DNA of 64,000 bases, from positions 16,600 to 80,599 of the forward strand of contig JANRLW010000083.1 in assembly GCA_033762295.1 (NCBI GenBank), written 5' to 3'. Shown here in pieces: positions 59,262 to 64,000 of the stretch. Source of the stretch: Capsulimonadales bacterium. Lineage in GTDB: Bacteria > Armatimonadota > Armatimonadia > Armatimonadales > Armatimonadaceae. The notes under the pieces were generated by a model. That model saw only the letters and a program-made list of their open reading frames with translations, was not told where the DNA came from and searched no databases. Each line of letters begins with the position of its first letter. Positions within the stretch are counted from its first letter, which is position 1. The position numbers and the translations under genes are program-made.

Positions 59262-60044
59262 ATGCAGGCGGACTATACGGGACTGGGAGCGCTGGCGTGG
59301 GAAGGGTATGCGAGTGATCCGAATCCGGAGATTCATCCGGATATCCCGATGTGGCTTCAGGTGGCGAACGAATTGGGCGGACCGATCCTGGATGTCGGCT
59401 GTGCTACCGGGCGAGTCCTGATCCCTCTTGTGAAGGCGGGTTTTGAGGTCGATGGCATCGATCCCTCGGCAGATGCGCTGGCGATCTGCTCTCGGAAACT
59501 TGCGGAGCGGAACCTTGCGGTGAATCTTGCCTGCCAGACCATGCAGACCCTCAATATGGCGCGGCAGTACCGAGCGATCTTCGTCCCCTGTGGCACCATA
59601 CAACTGGTGGTGGGGCGTGACGCGCAAAAGGAATCCATATCCCGGTTGTTTGCGCATCTTTTGCCGGGGGGCACGCTCGTGATGACACTCTATAACGAGA
59701 GCGGCGGTGTCTCCGAAAGCGATGTGGGCGTCCGGAAGATCCGTTCGCGTCGCAAGCAACCCGATGGCACCGAACTGGAGAAAGCGGTGATCATCCACTC
59801 CTGGAACCCGGACGAGCAAACCGTGGTGCAACAGGTGCGCTATCGACTGTATCGTGGCGAAGCGATTCTTCAGGAAGAGATTTGCGAAGCGAACGAGCAA
59901 TGGTATTCCGTGTCCGAACTGGCACAGATGCTGGAAAGCGCAGGCTTTACGGTGGAGCGTGTCACCGGAAACTATGGCGATGCCCCCGCAGACGCTACGC
60001 ATTACGTTTACACCTTCCGGGCAAAAAAGGAGAGTTTACGATGA
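59262..60044 (+). CDS. Class I SAM-dependent methyltransferase
   Basis: 'ILDVGCATGR', 'VDGIDPS', 'HLLPGGTL', 'LESAGF'; GGAGGAAAGG RBS. Confidence 0.88.
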   Translation: MQADYTGLGALAWEGYASDPNPEIHPDIPMWLQVANELGGPILDVGCATGRVLIPLVKAGFEVDGIDPSADALAICSRKLAERNLAVNLACQTMQTLNMARQYRAIFVPCGTIQLVVGRDAQKESISRLFAHLLPGGTLVMTLYNESGGVSESDVGVRKIRSRRKQPDGTELEKAVIIHSWNPDEQTVVQQVRYRLYRGEAILQEEICEANEQWYSVSELAQMLESAGFTVERVTGNYGDAPADATHYVYTFRAKKESLR

Positions 60045-60114
60045 CGGTTACCCCTTGCCTTGACACGGTTCGGAGTTGGGCTGCACAGAAACGATATAAA
60101 CTGCTTACGCAGAC

Positions 60115-60155
60115 GATTGTCAGATAACTTTCCCCTGCGTACAATAAAGACAATC
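60115..60155 (+). promoter_or_regulatory. Sigma70-type promoter of the GH4 gene, flanked by an inverted repeat
   Basis: TTGTCA-N17-TACAAT (60117-60145); GATTGTC (60115-60121) / GACAATC (60149-60155). Confidence 0.65.
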
Positions 60156-60220
60156 TCACAGGAACGGTGGCACAAACGGAATAGGGCTGCCACATCCTCT
60201 GTTGAAGGAGCATGGACGCT

Positions 60221-61783
60221 ATGCCACGAAAGATCGCCATGATCGGAGCCGGTTCGATCGGCTTTACCCGACGCCTGATGGCCGATATTCTGACCATCCC
60301 GGAAATGGCCGACACCCATTTCGCCTTCACCGATATCTCACAGCACAACCTGGATATGGTGACGCAACTGGCCGAACGGGACATCAAGGGCAACAACCTC
60401 CCGGCGACCATTACCGCCACCACCGACCGACGCGCCGCTATCGCCGATGCCGATTATGTCGTCTGTACGATCCGTTGCGGCGGACTGGAAGCGTTCGCCA
60501 CCGATATCGATATCCCGCTGAAGTACGGTATCGATCAGTGCGTCGGCGACACCATCTGCGCCGGGGGCATCATGTACGGGCAGCGTGGCATCGCCGCCAT
60601 TTTGGAATTCTGTAAGGATATCCGCGAGGTGGCGAAGCCGGGAGCGCTTTTCCTCAACTATGCCAACCCGATGGCAATGCTGACCTGGGCGGCCAACGAG
60701 TTTGGCGGCGTCAACACCGTCGGCCTCTGCCACGGGGTACAGGGAGCGCAGTGGCAGATCGCCCGCTGCACGGAGGTCTGGGCGCGTAAAGAGGGGATGA
60801 TCGGTGAGGACGAAAAGATCGGCAAGAATGATATCGATTTCATCTTCGCCGGGATCAACCATCAGACCTGGTGTGTCCGAGCCAACTGGCGCGGTCACGA
60901 CCTGATCCCGATGATGCACAGCCTGTTTATGGGGCATCCGGACTATCCGCGCACCGAGAAGGTCCGGATCGATGTCCTGAAACGGTTCGGCTACTACTCG
61001 ACCGAGTCCAACGGGCACCTTTCCGAGTACCTGCCCTGGTATCGCAAGCGGCTGGATCAGATCGAGAAGTGGATCGATCTCTCCTCCTGGATCAACGGCG
61101 AGACCGGCGGCTACCTGCGCGTCTGCACCGAGGGCCGCAACTGGTTCGAGACCGACTTCCCGAACTGGCTGGCGCAGGACCCGCCGAAGTTCGTGCCGGA
61201 GAAGCGTTCGGAGGAGCATGGTTCCTGGATCATCGAGGGGTTGGAGACCGGTCGGGTTTATCGCGGGCATTTCAATGTGGTCAATAAAGGCCATATCACC
61301 AACCTTCCGGATGGCTGCATCATCGAGGTGCCGGGATACGTCGACCGCAACGGCATCAACATCCCGACGGTCGGCGACCTTCCGCTGGGCTGCGCCGCCA
61401 CCTGCTCGGCATCGGTCCGCGTGCAGGAGATGGCGGTAAAGGCGGCGGTCCATGGCGATGTCGACCTGCTGAAACTGGCCATGCTGCACGATCCGCTGGT
61501 CGGGGCGGTCTGCGACCCCGAAGAGGTCTGGCAGATGACGGACGAGATGCTGATCGCCGGGGAGAAGTGGCTGCCGCAATACGCCGCCAACGGCAGCATC
61601 GAGGCGGCGAAGAAGCGTCTGGCCGAAGCGGAGGCGAACGGAACGCGGGTGAAGACGATGGAGGGCTTCCAGGGGATGGCGCGTCTGCACACCAAATCGG
61701 TGGAGGAGATGCAGGCCCAACGCGACGAGGCCCGCGCCAACGCCCAGGCCGCCGATAAAGGGAAGATGACCAAAAACGCCTGA
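60221..61783 (+). CDS. melA: Family 4 glycoside hydrolase, alpha-galactosidase/alpha-glucosidase (MelA-like)
   Basis: 'KIAMIGAGS', 'DIPLKYGIDQCVGDT', 'LNYANPMA', 'VGLCHG', 'GINHQTW', 'TESNGHLSEYLPWY'. Confidence 0.88.
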   Translation: MPRKIAMIGAGSIGFTRRLMADILTIPEMADTHFAFTDISQHNLDMVTQLAERDIKGNNLPATITATTDRRAAIADADYVVCTIRCGGLEAFATDIDIPLKYGIDQCVGDTICAGGIMYGQRGIAAILEFCKDIREVAKPGALFLNYANPMAMLTWAANEFGGVNTVGLCHGVQGAQWQIARCTEVWARKEGMIGEDEKIGKNDIDFIFAGINHQTWCVRANWRGHDLIPMMHSLFMGHPDYPRTEKVRIDVLKRFGYYSTESNGHLSEYLPWYRKRLDQIEKWIDLSSWINGETGGYLRVCTEGRNWFETDFPNWLAQDPPKFVPEKRSEEHGSWIIEGLETGRVYRGHFNVVNKGHITNLPDGCIIEVPGYVDRNGINIPTVGDLPLGCAATCSASVRVQEMAVKAAVHGDVDLLKLAMLHDPLVGAVCDPEEVWQMTDEMLIAGEKWLPQYAANGSIEAAKKRLAEAEANGTRVKTMEGFQGMARLHTKSVEEMQAQRDEARANAQAADKGKMTKNA

Positions 61784-61828
61784 CGGTATGGGGAACGGCG
61801 ACGCCGATAAACGGCTCCGCTCCCGAAG

Positions 61829-61862
61829 AAAACCGCTCTCCTTCGCCGGGAGCGGTTTTTTT
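61829..61862 (+). terminator. Intrinsic terminator after the GH4 gene
   Basis: AAAACCGCTCTC...GGGAGCGG followed by T7. Confidence 0.8.
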
Positions 61863-62012
61863 CATCGAAACACAGGGAATTGCCGACTGCGGAACGCCGG
61901 CATTCCACCGATGATTAAAGCGTCGACAAAAATGCGGCGAACTCATGCGCGGGAAGAGGACGTTCGATCTTCCTTTGACCGACAGGGCGAATTTCCGAAC
62001 GGGAGGAATACC

Positions 62013-62501
62013 ATGACTCTGACACAAACCAATCGACTGACGACCCAGGAATGGGAAGACCTTCGGCGAACCCTGGAAGCGGTGGCGAATGCCATCATGG
62101 TGGCGCACCCCGGCGGCTATGCCGAAGAGAAACGGATGATCCGCCACGAATGGGCGGAAGGTCCGCGACGCTTCCCGCAGAACGAATTCGTGTTCCAGCT
62201 TTTCTGCGCCATGCCCGACGAACTGCGCGCCCTGAACGAGCAAAAGACCGCGCACCCCGGCGGCGGCGTCGCGGAAACGATCGATGAAGCGGTGGAGATG
62301 TGCCGGAAAGCGACCGATCTGGTACGGGCGAAGGCTCCGGAGGAACAGGGAAATTTCCGGGATGTCGTGCTGTATATGGCGAACAAGGTCGCCGGGGCGT
62401 CGAAGGAGGGCGGATTCCTCGGTTTTGGCGGTAAAACGATCAGCGATGCCGAAAAATCGGTGATCGATCGCCTGATCGCCGTCCTGCCCGCCGCGCCGTA
62501 G
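62013..62501 (+). CDS. Hypothetical alpha-helical protein
   Basis: GGGAGG RBS; C-terminal 'VAGASKEGGFLGFGGKTISDAEK' looks like a conserved-hypothetical motif. Confidence 0.8.
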   Translation: MTLTQTNRLTTQEWEDLRRTLEAVANAIMVAHPGGYAEEKRMIRHEWAEGPRRFPQNEFVFQLFCAMPDELRALNEQKTAHPGGGVAETIDEAVEMCRKATDLVRAKAPEEQGNFRDVVLYMANKVAGASKEGGFLGFGGKTISDAEKSVIDRLIAVLPAAP

Positions 62502-62560
62502 ACCACGAAAAGCCGACGCCGGTCAGGTACGCTACACCATCCTTCCGCCCGCCTGACCGG

Positions 62561-63064
62561 ATGGCTCCCATGATTACCCTGCACCCCGTCCTTCCCGGCG
62601 ACTGGCCCGATCTATGGCCCCTGCTGGAACCCGTATTCCGCGCCGGTGAGACGTACGCTTTGCCTCGTGATATCTCGGAGGAGGAGGCACGGCGTCTCTG
62701 GGTCGAAATTCCGGAAGCGACCTTCGTCGCCCGGAACGAGGCCGGAAGTGCGGTCGGCACCTATTTCCTGAAGCCGAACCAACTCGGACCCGGTTCTCAC
62801 GTCGCCAACGCCGGATATGTCGTGGATGAGAAGGCGCGCGGTCGGGGGATCGCCTCCCGACTGTGCGAGCATTCGCTGGAAGAGGCCCGGCGGCGCGGTT
62901 ACCGGGCGATGCAGTTCAACCTGGTCGTCGCCACCAATACGGTCGCCGTGCATCTCTGGCAGAAGCACGGCTTCCGGATCGTCGGCACGCTGCCCGGCGC
63001 GTTCCGTCATGCCACCCTCGGTTTCGTGGATGCGTTCGTGATGTATCGGTCCCTGACGCCGTAA
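62561..63064 (+). CDS. GNAT family N-acetyltransferase
   Basis: 'GSHVANAGYVV', 'RGRGIA', 'YRAMQFNLVVATN', 'LWQKHGF'. Confidence 0.92.
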   Translation: MAPMITLHPVLPGDWPDLWPLLEPVFRAGETYALPRDISEEEARRLWVEIPEATFVARNEAGSAVGTYFLKPNQLGPGSHVANAGYVVDEKARGRGIASRLCEHSLEEARRRGYRAMQFNLVVATNTVAVHLWQKHGFRIVGTLPGAFRHATLGFVDAFVMYRSLTP

Positions 63065-63238
63065 GTGACGAGCCATGCCCGCCCCTCCCCAGGTCCCTCC
63101 TCCGAACGTACCGGGAACGGGTGAAGGCATATCCCTCGGAGGTTGCCGAATTCTCAAAGGAAGTTTCACAATCCGCCCGTTTTCGCGACTTTTTGGCGTA
63201 AAATGGGAAGTGTCGATAAATCCATGGAGGATAAACCA

Positions 63239-64000
63239 GTGAATCTTTCGGATCGAAATAGGAATCGGGCCCTGACTCCGGTGCGAGCCCACGGCTTCAC
63301 CCTGATCGAATTACTCGTTGTTATCGCCATCATCGCCATTCTGGCCGCCATCCTGTTCCCGGTCTTCGCCCAGGCGCGGGAAAAAGCCCGGCAGACCTCC
63401 TGCCTTTCCAACCTGAAGCAGACCGGGACCGCGACCCTGATGTACGTTCAGGACTACGATGAGTCCTTCCCGATGTCGATCTATCTCTCGGCGGAGAACA
63501 ACGCTCCGTGCAGCTTCACGTTCTACAATGCCGTCGCGCCGTACCAGAAAAGCGTCGATATCATGCGCTGCCCGTCCAACCCCCAGGCGCTGGACATGAA
63601 TCTTGCGTGGCAGAATCATGGCCTTCCGCCGGTCTGCACCTCCGGAACGGCGCCGCTCCGCATCCTCAGCTACGTCTATAACTTCTCCATCTTCGAGGAG
63701 GGCGTCGGGAACGCCCTGTTCGGCGCGGGTGCGGCCCCGGTCACGACCCTCGCCGAAATCGAGTTCCCGGTCGAAACCTCGATGGTCTATGATGGAAGCC
63801 TGCTGACCCGTACCTCCGGCGGCTGCAACCTGTTCGATTCGCCGGTCGATGCGCGCCATTCCAATCTGGTGAACGCCAACTGGGTCGACGGACATGCCAA
63901 GCACGTCAAAACCCGCCCGGTCGCCGCCGACGGCAGCGAAGGACCGGCCACCTGCTTGACGATGGACGGCAAGCAGCAGAGGATGTTCCGGATCACCGAT
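63239..64000 (+). CDS. DUF1559-type prepilin/H-X9-DG protein (3'-partial; absent from the ORF track because no stop falls in the window)
   Basis: Hand translation: GGAGG then GTG 63239, '[43 protein letters not shown]', and '[16 protein letters not shown]'. Confidence 0.9.
   Translation, partial: MNLSDRNRNRALTPVRAHGFTLIELLVVIAIIAILAAILFPVFAQAREKARQTSCLSNLKQTGTATLMYVQDYDESFPMSIYLSAENNAPCSFTFYNAVAPYQKSVDIMRCPSNPQALDMNLAWQNHGLPPVCTSGTAPLRILSYVYNFSIFEEGVGNALFGAGAAPVTTLAEIEFPVETSMVYDGSLLTRTSGGCNLFDSPVDARHSNLVNANWVDGHAKHVKTRPVAADGSEGPATCLTMDGKQQRMFRITD

Overview
High-GC bacterial chromosomal segment, most likely Armatimonadota. This is inferred from two DUF1559 prepilin/H-X9-DG genes with the '[22 protein letters not shown]' signature and from Terrabacteria-diderm-type envelope genes; no rRNA marker is present. 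I saw no rRNA, tRNA, CRISPR or IS element. About 40 CDSs: housekeeping/metabolic genes (tatA, pepF, DPP-IV, aldo-keto reductases, queG, galE, GH4) plus four notable blocks. (1) 7.3-14.2 kb: a membrane-anchored STAND NTPase-TPR, a FecR/DUF928-like exported protein and an exported caspase-PEGA-TPR. (2) 22.7-41.8 kb: six co-oriented exported-protein genes. Three large proteins with unrelated N-termini (2335-aa beta-propeller protein, S8 protease, 1037-aa unknown) share a ~470-485-aa C-terminal module ending in a FlgD/T9SS-CTD-like Ig tail. They are interleaved with two CsgG/TolB-N-like proteins and an Ig-LptD-like outer-membrane barrel. This is the best candidate for an undescribed secretion/surface-assembly system. 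(3) 41.9-46.1 kb: a variant RpoD-like sigma, an orphan ECF sigma and a TetR, with two matching operator-like palindromes, plus a LacI gene. (4) 49.9-59.1 kb: a glycan biosynthesis cluster ending in an SLH/OmpM-stalk-Wzi-like barrel. All family calls are by-eye motif recognition, not database searches.
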